Shown here one piece after another: positions 1-8,314 of a stretch of 64,000 bases of DNA. Made by a program: the position numbers and the translations under genes. The stretch spans positions 352,001-416,000 of the forward strand of contig CAXXVO010000004.1 of NCBI GenBank assembly GCA_963422645.2. Direction: 5' to 3'. The first letter of the stretch is position 1. The number at the start of each line of letters is the position of its first letter. The notes beneath the pieces were generated by a model. The model was not told where the DNA came from. It was given only the letters and a program-made list of their open reading frames with translations, and made no database searches. This DNA is from Alphaproteobacteria bacterium. GTDB taxonomy: Bacteria; Pseudomonadota; Alphaproteobacteria; UBA828.

Positions 1-582
1 GCCCTGGTCTCCTCGGGCGATGCCGGCGTCTACGGCATGGCCTCGCTCCTCTTCGAGCTGCTGGACGGAGCGGACGCCGATCCCCGATGGCGCGGCATCG
101 AGCTTGTGGTAGAGCCCGGCATCAGCGCGCTCCAGGCCGCTGCGGCGCGCGCCGGCGCGCCGATCGGCCACGATTTCTGCGCCATCTCCCTCTCCGACCT
201 GCTAACACCCTGGCCCGCGATCGCACGCAGGCTCCGGGCCGCCGCCGAGGCCGATTTCGTGGTAGCGCTCTACAACCCGGCGTCCGCGCGGCGGCGCATC
301 CAGCTAACGCAAGCGCGGGCGATCCTCGCAGCTCACCGGCCAGCGGACTGCCCGGTGGTCGTCGCCCGCAATCTCGGGCGGGAGGGTGAAGCAGTCTCGG
401 TCACCACCCTTGGCGGCCTCGATACCAACGCGGTCGACATGCTCACCGTCATCGTCGTCGGCAGTAGCCAGACGCGGCGCTTAGACCGCGGCGGCCGGGC
501 GTGGCTCTACACCCCGCGCGGCTATGGGGCGGGCGACGTGGCGGCGCAGGACGCGGCGCCGCGCGCGGCAAAGCGCGCGTGA
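1..582 (+). CDS. cobJ: Precorrin-3B C17-methyltransferase, 5'-partial
   Basis: Frame is open from base 1 (ALVSSGDAGVYGMA). Motifs PGISALQAAAA, GHDFCAISLSDLLTPW, ALYNP and YTPRGY. GTGA overlap with cobM. Confidence 0.9.
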   Translation, partial: ALVSSGDAGVYGMASLLFELLDGADADPRWRGIELVVEPGISALQAAAARAGAPIGHDFCAISLSDLLTPWPAIARRLRAAAEADFVVALYNPASARRRIQLTQARAILAAHRPADCPVVVARNLGREGEAVSVTTLGGLDTNAVDMLTVIVVGSSQTRRLDRGGRAWLYTPRGYGAGDVAAQDAAPRAAKRA

Positions 583-1343
583 CGGTCCACTTCATCGGCG
601 CAGGCCCCGGCGCGCCGGATCTGATCACGGTACGGGGGCTCGCCTTGTTGCGACGCTGCCGGGTGGTGCTCTACGCGGGCTCCCTGGTGCCGCCGATGAT
701 CCTCGAAGAGGCGCCGCCGGGAGCGCGCATCGTCGACACCGCGCCGCTTGATCTCGACGCGATCATCGCCGAGATGGAGCAGGCGGCGGCCGACGGCCAC
801 GAGGTCGCGCGGCTGCATTCCGGCGATCCGTCGCTCTACGGCGCCATCGCCGAGCAGATGCGCCGTCTCGACCGCCTCGGCATTCCCTACGACGTGACCC
901 CCGGCGTACCGGCCTATGCGGCGGCTGCGGCAGCGCTAAAGCAGGAGCTCACGCTACCCGGCATCGCGCAGACCGTGATCCTGACGCGGACCGCCGTGCG
1001 CGCGTCCTCCATGCCCGACGACGAGCAGTTGGATCGGCTCGCCGCAGGCGGCGGCACCCTCGCCATCCACCTCTCCATCAACAATCTCGCGAACGTGACC
1101 CGCGCGCTGACCCCCCATCGCGGGGCGGACTGCCCCACCATCGTCGCCTACCGTGTGACTTGGCCCGATGAGCGCATCGTGCGCGGCACCCTCGGCACGA
1201 TCCGAGACAAGGTGAAGGCCCTCGGTCTCACCCGCACGGCTCTGATCCTCGTCGGTCGGGCCCTGGACGCGCCCGACTTCGACGAAAGCCAGCTCTACGA
1301 CCCCACCCACCACCACGTGCTGAGGCCGCGGCGCAAGGCTTGA
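579..1343 (+). CDS. cobM: Precorrin-4 C11-methyltransferase
   Basis: VHFIGAGPGAPDLITVRG, YAGSLV, RLHSGDPSLYGAIAEQ, ELTLPGIAQTVILTR. GTG start at 579 overlaps the cobJ stop. Confidence 0.93.
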   Translation: MTVHFIGAGPGAPDLITVRGLALLRRCRVVLYAGSLVPPMILEEAPPGARIVDTAPLDLDAIIAEMEQAAADGHEVARLHSGDPSLYGAIAEQMRRLDRLGIPYDVTPGVPAYAAAAAALKQELTLPGIAQTVILTRTAVRASSMPDDEQLDRLAAGGGTLAIHLSINNLANVTRALTPHRGADCPTIVAYRVTWPDERIVRGTLGTIRDKVKALGLTRTALILVGRALDAPDFDESQLYDPTHHHVLRPRRKA

Positions 1344-2114
1344 CTACGCCTCCCCGAGGCGCTCATCGATCCAGGCCAGCGCCTCTTCGACTGAGGACGC
1401 GCTTGGGCCGGGCGGCGGCGCCGGCCGGCGCACCATCACCACGGGCAGCCCGAGCGCGCGTGCCGCAGCGAGCTTGGCCGCCGTCGCCTCGCCGCCGCTC
1501 GCGCGGGTAACCAGGCAGTCGATACCGTGGGTCTCCAGAAGCGCGCGCTCGTCGGCCTCCGCGAACGGCCCGCGCGCGCAGATCAGCCGGTGGCGGGCCA
1601 GCGGGATCGGCTCCGCCGGCTTGTCCACCAGCCGCACCAGGAACCAGAGGTCGGGCCGGCTCGCGAAGGGTGCGAGCGAGCGGACGCCCACGGTGAGAAA
1701 GACGCGCCTGGATTCTGCTGGGATCGCCCCGACCGCCTCCTCCACCGTGGCGACGTCGATCCAGTGATCGCCGGGCACGGCTTGCCAGGATGGTCGCACC
1801 AGCACCAGGTGTGTCGTTCCCGCCCGCGCCGCCGCCTCGCTCGCCTGCGCCGAGATGCGCGTGGCGTAGGGGTGGGTAGCGTCGACGAGCAGCCCGATCC
1901 GCTCCTCCCTCAGATACGCGGCCAGGCCGTCCGCTCCGCCGAAGCCGCCAATGCGGACCTCGCCTGCCGGCAGCAGCGGCGCGCGGGTGCGGCCGGCCAG
2001 CGTCGAGATCACCGTGAGGGACGAGCCGAAGCGAGCCTCCGCAGCCTCGGCCAGCGCGCGGCCCTCGGCCGTCCCGCCCAGGATCAGCAGCCGCTCAGGG
2101 GCCGGCGCGGCCAA
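1344..2114 (-). CDS. cobK: (Cobalt-)precorrin-6A reductase CobK/CbiJ
   Basis: LLILGGTAEG, GGFGGADGL, VDATHPYA, RGPF, KLAAARALGLPVVMVRRP. The TTG start at 2114 is estimated. Confidence 0.9.
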   Translation of the reverse strand: MAAPAPERLLILGGTAEGRALAEAAEARFGSSLTVISTLAGRTRAPLLPAGEVRIGGFGGADGLAAYLREERIGLLVDATHPYATRISAQASEAAARAGTTHLVLVRPSWQAVPGDHWIDVATVEEAVGAIPAESRRVFLTVGVRSLAPFASRPDLWFLVRLVDKPAEPIPLARHRLICARGPFAEADERALLETHGIDCLVTRASGGEATAAKLAAARALGLPVVMVRRPAPPPGPSASSVEEALAWIDERLGEA

Positions 2115-3195
2115 CGATGCAGCCTGTGCGGTCGACGATGAGCACGTCCACGTGGGGCACGGGTCGGGCGCCGGCGAGCACGTCCTCGGCCACGGCGCGG
2201 GCCTCGGCAGCGACCGCATCGGCAAGCGGGAGACCGGCCTCGCTCGCAACCTCCAAGATCGCGCCGGCCGAGCCGGCAGCCTCGGCTTGCGCCAGCGTCG
2301 CCTCGGCGGCGCCGAGGGCAGCGAGACGGCGGACGAGGCCCTCGCGATCGACGCTACTACGCCCCGAATGCAGGTCCATGTGGCCGTCGGCGAGCTTGCT
2401 GATCTTGCCGAAGCCGCCGGCGATGGTGAGTCGCGGCACCGGCTTGCGCCGAACCAACTTGAGCGTGGCGCCGACGAAATCGCCCATGTCGATCAGCGCC
2501 GCTTCGTCGAGGCCGTAGAACGCCTGCGCCGCCTGCTCCGAGACCCGGCCCGTCGCGGCCGCGAGGTGGGTGGTGCCGGCGGCGGCAGCCACGTCGATCC
2601 CCTGGCGGATCGAGGCGATCCACGCGGCGCAGGAGTAGGGCTTCACGATGCCCGATGTGCCCAGCACCGAGAGCCCGCCGACGATGCCAAGCCGGCCATT
2701 CATCGTCTGGCGCGCAAGCCGGCGCCCATCCGGGATCGCGATGGTGACGGAGACATCGGCAGGCCCGCCCAGCGCGGGCGCGAGGTCGCCCAACATCTCC
2801 GTGATCATCCGCCGCGGTGCCGGGTTGATCGCGGGCTCGCCCACCGCGAGGCTGAGGCCGGGCTTGGTCACGATGCCGACCCCCTCGCCCGCACGGAACA
2901 CGATGCCGGCACCCGCAGGTGCGAGCCTCACCCAGGATTCGACCAGCGCACCGTGAGTCACGTCCGGGTCGTCGCCGGCATCCTTGCGCACGCCGGCTCG
3001 CCCGTGCCCCGGTCCGCGCTCGGCCACCACCAGGGGAAAGGAAGGTTCCTGGCCGCCCGGCAGCATCACCGAGACCGGGTCGGGGAAGCGCCCGGTGACC
3101 AACGCCGTGAAGGCGGCGCGCGTCGCCGCTGCGGCGCAGGCACCGGTGGTCCAGCCCCGCCGAAGCTCGCCAGCTCTGCCCGACCGTTCCGTCAT
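2095..3195 (-). CDS. cbiD: Cobalt-precorrin-5B C1-methyltransferase
   Basis: LRRGWTTGACAAAA, KDAGDDPDVTHGA, GEPAINPAPR, NGRLGIVGGLSVLGTSGIVKPYS, DMGDF, DLHS. Confidence 0.93.
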   Translation of the reverse strand: MTERSGRAGELRRGWTTGACAAAATRAAFTALVTGRFPDPVSVMLPGGQEPSFPLVVAERGPGHGRAGVRKDAGDDPDVTHGALVESWVRLAPAGAGIVFRAGEGVGIVTKPGLSLAVGEPAINPAPRRMITEMLGDLAPALGGPADVSVTIAIPDGRRLARQTMNGRLGIVGGLSVLGTSGIVKPYSCAAWIASIRQGIDVAAAAGTTHLAAATGRVSEQAAQAFYGLDEAALIDMGDFVGATLKLVRRKPVPRLTIAGGFGKISKLADGHMDLHSGRSSVDREGLVRRLAALGAAEATLAQAEAAGSAGAILEVASEAGLPLADAVAAEARAVAEDVLAGARPVPHVDVLIVDRTGCIVGRAGP

Positions 3196-3242
3196 GCCGC
3201 TGGTTATACCGCGCAGGGTGCCGGCCGGTGTAGAGTGCGGCG

Positions 3243-4097
3243 ATGGACGACGCCTCCCCACCCCCGCGCAGACCCGCGCTGCCCACGATCGAGCCGGGCA
3301 CCGTCTGGCTCGTAGGCGCAGGCCCCGGCGATCCCGGCCTGCTCACGCTCCATGCGGCACATGCGCTGGCTGAGGCCGATTGTGTCGTCTACGACGCCTT
3401 GGTCTCGCTTGAGATTCTGGCACTGGCGCGGCCGGGGGCGGCACTCGAATATGCCGGCAAGCGGGGCGGCAAACCCTCTGCGCGCCAGCCGGACATCTGC
3501 GGCCGGTTGATACGGCTCGCCCGGCAGGGGCAGCGCGTGTTGCGCCTCAAGGGCGGCGACCCCTTTGTCTTCGGCCGGGGCGGGGAGGAGGCACTGGCGC
3601 TCGCCGCGGCTCGCATCCCCTTCCGTCTCGTGCCCGGCGTCACCGCCGCCGCCGGTGGCCTGGCTGCGGCCGGCATCCCCATGACCCATCGCACCACCAA
3701 CTCGGCAGTGACGCTGCTCACCGGCCACGACGCGGCGGGCGGTGTGCCGGACGGGCTGGACTGGCAGGCCATCGCGCAAGGTGCGCCGGTGCTGATCTTC
3801 TACATGGCGCTCCGCCAACTCGACACCATCGCCGAGCGACTGACCCGCGGCGGCCTTCCACGCGAGACGCCGGTGGCGCTCATCAGCCACGCCACTACGG
3901 GGGACGAGCGCATCGTGGAGACCCCGCTGGCCGAGGCGGCGGAAGCGGCCGAGCGCGCCGGGATCGAAGCGCCCTGCCTCGTCGTCGTGGGCGACGTTGT
4001 GCGGCTTCGGCGGGCGTTGGACCCGGCGGCGACGGTCGAGACACGGGCCGAGGCGGCCGAAGCGCTGGCCCAGCACTGGCGCCGCGCCGCCGGTTGA
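3243..4097 (+). CDS. cobA: Uroporphyrinogen-III C-methyltransferase (SUMT)
   Basis: VWLVGAGPGDPGLLTL, YDALV, GKRGGK, RLKGGDPFVFGRGGEE, GIPMTHR. Confidence 0.92.
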   Translation: MDDASPPPRRPALPTIEPGTVWLVGAGPGDPGLLTLHAAHALAEADCVVYDALVSLEILALARPGAALEYAGKRGGKPSARQPDICGRLIRLARQGQRVLRLKGGDPFVFGRGGEEALALAAARIPFRLVPGVTAAAGGLAAAGIPMTHRTTNSAVTLLTGHDAAGGVPDGLDWQAIAQGAPVLIFYMALRQLDTIAERLTRGGLPRETPVALISHATTGDERIVETPLAEAAEAAERAGIEAPCLVVVGDVVRLRRALDPAATVETRAEAAEALAQHWRRAAG

Positions 4098-4109
4098 AGT
4101 CTTCCAAAT

Positions 4110-4155
4110 CCCTCAGGCGCCGGGCGCTCGCTCCGGACCTGCGGCCCGGCCTTCC
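4110..4155. repeat. Short, internally deleted copy of dispersed intergenic repeat family A (REP/MITE-like)
   Basis: CCCTCAGGCGCCGGGCGCTCGCTCCG joined to GACCTGCGGCCCGGCCTTCC. This matches both ends of the longer copies at 43122-43212 and 52894-53030 (the latter as reverse complement). Confidence 0.65.
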
Positions 4156-4244
4156 TATCGTCCCATCTCTCGATTCCTTGCCGCACAGGCCGTACCGGGG
4201 CTAGTCTGGCGAAGAAAGGCTCTTCCACCACGCACCCGCAGCCC

Positions 4245-4937
4245 ATGTTGAAGAATTTCGGCTTCGGCCAGCAGCCCGGAGGCGGCGACCAGAAACCCGG
4301 GCGCGGCGGCCAGCGGTCTCCCTTGGGTCGCAACCCAGTGCTCTGGATCGTGGTGATCGGCGCGATCCTCATCTACACGCAGATGGATGGTTCAGGGTCG
4401 CTATTCGGTCCAGTCGACCAGGGCCACGTCTCCCGCATGGCCGTGGCGCCGGACCAGGTCACCGGCGACTTCGAGCTGGTCGATCACACCGGCACGCCGC
4501 GCACCGACGAGGACTTCCACAGCGCGCACTCGCTAATCTATTTCGGCTTCACCTGGTGCCCCGATGTCTGCCCGTCCGCCATGCTGGTCATGGTGCAGGT
4601 GATCGAGGATCTGAGGCTGCAGGACAGGGCGGTGCAGCCAATTTTCATCACCGTCGATCCGCAGCGCGACACGGTGGAGAAGCTTGCCAACTATGTCGCG
4701 CAGCTCCCCGGCCTGATCGGGCTCACCGGCTCGGAGGAGCAGGTGGCATCGGCACTTCAGTCCTTCGGCATCACCTGGCGCTCGCAGGCAGCGGGGCCGA
4801 CTGACACCAACTATCTCGTCGACCACACCGCGTTGTTCTACCTGATGGGACCGGACGGCGAGTTCCTCCAGCATTACGTGCCGACCCAGGGGCCCACCCA
4901 GATCGCTCTCGAGATCGAGCGCGAGTTCACGGGCTGA
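4245..4937 (+). CDS. SCO1/SenC family copper chaperone
   Basis: N-terminal TM segment, FGFTWCPDVC (CxxxC), FITVDPQRD, VDHT with the conserved His. Confidence 0.9.
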   Translation: MLKNFGFGQQPGGGDQKPGRGGQRSPLGRNPVLWIVVIGAILIYTQMDGSGSLFGPVDQGHVSRMAVAPDQVTGDFELVDHTGTPRTDEDFHSAHSLIYFGFTWCPDVCPSAMLVMVQVIEDLRLQDRAVQPIFITVDPQRDTVEKLANYVAQLPGLIGLTGSEEQVASALQSFGITWRSQAAGPTDTNYLVDHTALFYLMGPDGEFLQHYVPTQGPTQIALEIEREFTG

Positions 4938-4943
4938 GCGTCC

Positions 4944-6242
4944 GTGGCCTCGGGCGTCATCCTCGCCGCGCCGGCGTCGGGCAGCGGCAAGACCGTGCTG
5001 TGCGCGGGGCTGCTGGCGCATTTTCGCGAACGCGGCCTAGCAGCCCGCGCCTTCAAGGCAGGCCCTGACTACATCGACCCCGGCTATCACCGCATGGCCA
5101 CCGGCCACGACTGCGTCAATCTCGATCCCTGGGGGATGCGGCCGGAGACCCTGTCGCGCAGGCTGACTGCGCTCGCCGCAGGTGCCGACCTGGTGATCGG
5201 CGAGGGCGCGATGGGCCTCTTCGACGGCGCCCGCGACGGCACCGGCTCCACCGCCGATCTTGCGGCCTGGCTGGACCTGCCCGTGGTGCTGGTGGTGGAC
5301 GCCCGCGGCCAAGGCGCCTCGGTCGCGGCGCTCGCGGAAGGCTTCGCGGGTCACCGCCCGGACGTGACGGTCGCCGGCATTATCCTCAACCGGGTGGCGG
5401 GCGCGGCGCACGAGGGGCTGCTGCGGGCTGCCCTCGACGCGCGATCCGTGCCGGTTCTCGGAGCGGTACCCCGAGACGAGGCGCTGAGCCTGCCTTCGCG
5501 CCACCTCGGCCTCGTGCAGGCCTGCGAGAGCGGCCGGCCCTGGCTGAACGACGCGGCGTCAGTCGTCGCGCGGTCGGTCGATACCGATGCCCTGGAAGCA
5601 CTCGCCCGCCCGCTTCGGGCTGCGCCGACGCAGACGGGCCCGGCGATCTCGCCCCTCGGGCAGCGAATCGCGGTCGCACGCGATGAGGCGTTCGGCTTCT
5701 GCTACGACGCACTGATGGAGGACTGGCGCGCCGCCGGCGCAGCGGTCATGCCTTTCTCGCCGCTCGCGGACGAGGCGCCCGACGGGTCAGCCGATGCGGT
5801 CTACCTGCCCGGCGGCTACCCCGAGTTGCACGCGGGGCACATCGCCGGGGCACAAGACTTTCTCGGCGGGTTGCGGGAGGCGGCGGAGGGGGGCGCCGCC
5901 GTCTTCGGCGAATGCGGGGGCTACATGGTGCTGGGCCGGGGCCTGACCGACGCCGACGGCCGCCGCCACGCCATGGCCGGGCTCCTGCCGCTGGAGACCA
6001 GCTTTCGCGAGCGCCGCCTTTCGCTCGGCTATCGCCACGCTCGTCTGGCCGCTGCTGGCCCCCTCGGCGCGGCCGGGACCAGCTTTCGCGGCCACGAGTT
6101 CCACTATTGCCGCGTGGTCTCAGAAGAGGCCGGCCGCCCCCTATTCGAGACCCGCGACGCGACAGGCGCATCGCTCGGCCACGCGGGCATGACCCGAGGC
6201 ACGGTTTCAGGCTCCTTCATCCACTTGATCGACCGGTCGTGA
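4944..6242 (+). CDS. cobB: Cobyrinate/hydrogenobyrinate a,c-diamide synthase
   Basis: APASGSGKT P-loop, FKAGPDYIDP, EGAMGLFDG, SRHLGL, GGYPELH, ECGGYM, GHEFHY. Confidence 0.93.
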   Translation: MASGVILAAPASGSGKTVLCAGLLAHFRERGLAARAFKAGPDYIDPGYHRMATGHDCVNLDPWGMRPETLSRRLTALAAGADLVIGEGAMGLFDGARDGTGSTADLAAWLDLPVVLVVDARGQGASVAALAEGFAGHRPDVTVAGIILNRVAGAAHEGLLRAALDARSVPVLGAVPRDEALSLPSRHLGLVQACESGRPWLNDAASVVARSVDTDALEALARPLRAAPTQTGPAISPLGQRIAVARDEAFGFCYDALMEDWRAAGAAVMPFSPLADEAPDGSADAVYLPGGYPELHAGHIAGAQDFLGGLREAAEGGAAVFGECGGYMVLGRGLTDADGRRHAMAGLLPLETSFRERRLSLGYRHARLAAAGPLGAAGTSFRGHEFHYCRVVSEEAGRPLFETRDATGASLGHAGMTRGTVSGSFIHLIDRS

Positions 6243-6249
6243 GCGCGTG

Positions 6250-6304
6250 GAGCGAGCCCGTCCAATGACGGGCTCGCGATAGGCCGCGACTGCGGCCCGC
6301 CGCT
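6250..6304. repeat. Dispersed palindromic intergenic repeat family B, copy 1
   Basis: GAGCGAGCCCGTCCAATGACGGGCTCGCGATAGGCCGCGACTGCGGCCCGCCGCT, which forms two hairpins. Aligns with the reverse complement of 39264-39317. Confidence 0.7.
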
Positions 6305-6392
6305 TATGCGGCGCACATCGCGTGCCCCTGCGCGCGTGGACGCGCGACGCGGAGGCGCGGGCCGCAGGCCGGCTTCCGTGAGCGAAAAAAGC

Positions 6393-8307
6393 GTAACTGC
6401 CCAGGTTCTTGCTGTGAAAATTCTCTGGGATTCGGCACAACGCTACCCACGCGACGCCCGTGTGCTCCTCTGGGGTCGCCGGGTTTCACAGCTCACGATG
6501 CCCCTCTTGCGGACTGCGACCGGTAAGCTACCCCGATGTGGCCCGAAGTCCGCCCGCGCGACGGGCACCGATTTTCATTCTATGGGGTGGTCCAGCACGG
6601 CGTCGACCATGATCGTTTATGAGAATGGCTCCGCTGTTGGAGAACCCGTGCCAGGTGAGCTTACGCGCACTTGACGGTGGCGATGAGCCGATCCGATGGG
6701 CTGGTCAGGGCTTCGATGATATTCCAGCCCTGCTTTCTGGCGGTGGTGATGACGCTGCGCAGGATGGCGAAGTTCTCGGCCCCCTGCGCGGACCGGAAGC
6801 CCCCGGAGATCTTCTGGCGCAGCTTCATCATCCGAAGGTCGCGCTCGGCCTCGTTGTTCGTGAACCCGACCTCGAGGTCGATCAGGAACCGGAGCACCGC
6901 GCATTTGTGGTCGCGCAGCCTCAAGGCCAGATTGTGACCGATCCTTCGCTTCCGGCGCTTCTTCCTCTTGCCAGGCGAGAACGGTGGTTGGCTCTCGTGA
7001 AAGGCCAGCGCATCGGCGATGATCTCGTCGTATCGGCGCTCGATCAGCGCCACAAGCCTCGCCGGAACGGCGATATCCTTGTCCAGCGCGATGCGGGCGG
7101 CGCGATTGGCTCGGCGCAGGAGCTGCTGCATCCGCCGGGCCCAAGCCTCCCCTTCGATGTCCACCAGCGCCTGCAACTCCCGCAGGTGATGGGCGTTGCA
7201 CAGGCCGTGCTCCACCCCTTCCATCGCGAAGTACGGCTTCCAGTGATCGTGCACGACGATGCCGGAGACACCCGAGAGCAGGGCGCCGCGCTTGCCGCTG
7301 ACCCGGTACGCCGCCAGCAGCGGCGTGCAGATCACATGAAGCCACTGCGTCTGACCGCCGATCCGCAAGCCGGTCTCGTCCATGTGTTTCACCCGCGCCG
7401 TGCCCGCCGCCAGGTCCTGTATGTGCAAGGCCGCGTCCCGCAGCCGCTCGGCCGCCCTCTCGCTCATCGTCGCCAACGTCGCAGCCGTCACCGGCGCGCC
7501 GAAGAGCTCGGCCATCACCTGCGACAGCCGATCCTCCGGCAGGAAGTGAGCGTGCTGAAGGTAGACCGCCACCCCGGCAATGCGCGGGCCGTACTGCACC
7601 GGCGCCGACACCCCGTCGGGGAACGCCGCCCGGGTCACCGTCCCGCAATGCCCGCAGCACTTGGCATGCGCCCGGTGCTCGGTCACCTCCAGGGGGCTCG
7701 GCTCGGGCAGATCGAACACCTGGCGGGCGACGGGCGTTCCCGCCCTGGCCGCGTCCGAAAGCGGCGAACCGCATCCCTTGCAGGAAGCCGGGACGTGATC
7801 CTTCACCCGATCCGGGTGATCGGCGCGGCGCAGCGTCTTGCCCTTGTGGCCGGGCTGGCCACCGGGCTTGCGGCCCGATTTGCCGCGCAGGCTTCGGGTT
7901 CGCCGCTTCGAATTCGGCTTCCTCAGCCCATCGCTCGAAGGCGGCTTGCCGCTGTTGCCGCTGTTGAGGCCGAGACGGCGCTCCAACTCCTCGATGCGCT
8001 CGACGAGACGCGCGACTTGCTCTTCCAGCCGCGCGTTCTGCTGCCGAAGCCAGGCATTTTCCTCCCGAAGCCGGGCGTTCTCCTCCTCCAGGCGGGCGAT
8101 CTTCTGCGCGGGCGTTTCGGGCGCTGCTCCCGTCGAAGGGCCGCGCGGCGACTCGGGATTGCTCATGTCGTTGTTGAGTCATTTCCCGAAATTCCCGTCA
8201 AGCCCTTTCCACCAACTCCGAACGAGAAACGCCTCAATCCACTGGCCCAAAATGACAAATCAGACGACCTGGGCAGTTACGACAAATCAGACGACCTGGG
8301 CAGTTAC
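6393..8307 (-). mobile_element. IS66-family (single-ORF, ISBst12-like) insertion sequence, copy 1, with a tandemly duplicated 27-bp end
   Basis: Terminal IRs GTAACTGCCCAGGT (6393) and ACCTGGGCAGTTAC (ending at 8280 and again at 8307). 8-bp TSD AAAAAAGC at 6385-6392 and 8308-8315. Confidence 0.95.
6661..8166 (-). CDS. IS66 family transposase (TnpC-like), 501 aa
   Basis: N-terminal coiled coil, NSGKPPSSD, GGQPGHKG, zinc-finger CxxC pairs, MDETG, VHDHW, LCNAHHLREL, FTNNEAERDLRMMKLRQKISGGFRS. Confidence 0.95.
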   Translation of the reverse strand: MSNPESPRGPSTGAAPETPAQKIARLEEENARLREENAWLRQQNARLEEQVARLVERIEELERRLGLNSGNSGKPPSSDGLRKPNSKRRTRSLRGKSGRKPGGQPGHKGKTLRRADHPDRVKDHVPASCKGCGSPLSDAARAGTPVARQVFDLPEPSPLEVTEHRAHAKCCGHCGTVTRAAFPDGVSAPVQYGPRIAGVAVYLQHAHFLPEDRLSQVMAELFGAPVTAATLATMSERAAERLRDAALHIQDLAAGTARVKHMDETGLRIGGQTQWLHVICTPLLAAYRVSGKRGALLSGVSGIVVHDHWKPYFAMEGVEHGLCNAHHLRELQALVDIEGEAWARRMQQLLRRANRAARIALDKDIAVPARLVALIERRYDEIIADALAFHESQPPFSPGKRKKRRKRRIGHNLALRLRDHKCAVLRFLIDLEVGFTNNEAERDLRMMKLRQKISGGFRSAQGAENFAILRSVITTARKQGWNIIEALTSPSDRLIATVKCA

Positions 8308-8314
8308 AAAAAAG

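Noticed and set aside
3196-4244. Cobalamin riboswitch in cob intergenic regions
   Set aside because: The gaps are short or occupied by repeat A, and no B12-box consensus was recognised.
6570-6584. Resemblance of the IS66 tail sequence GATTTTCATTCTAT to the copy-2 target GATTTCCGACTCTAT, as a possible guide
   Set aside because: The match is short and gapped, and the copy-1 target has no equivalent, so it is compatible with chance.
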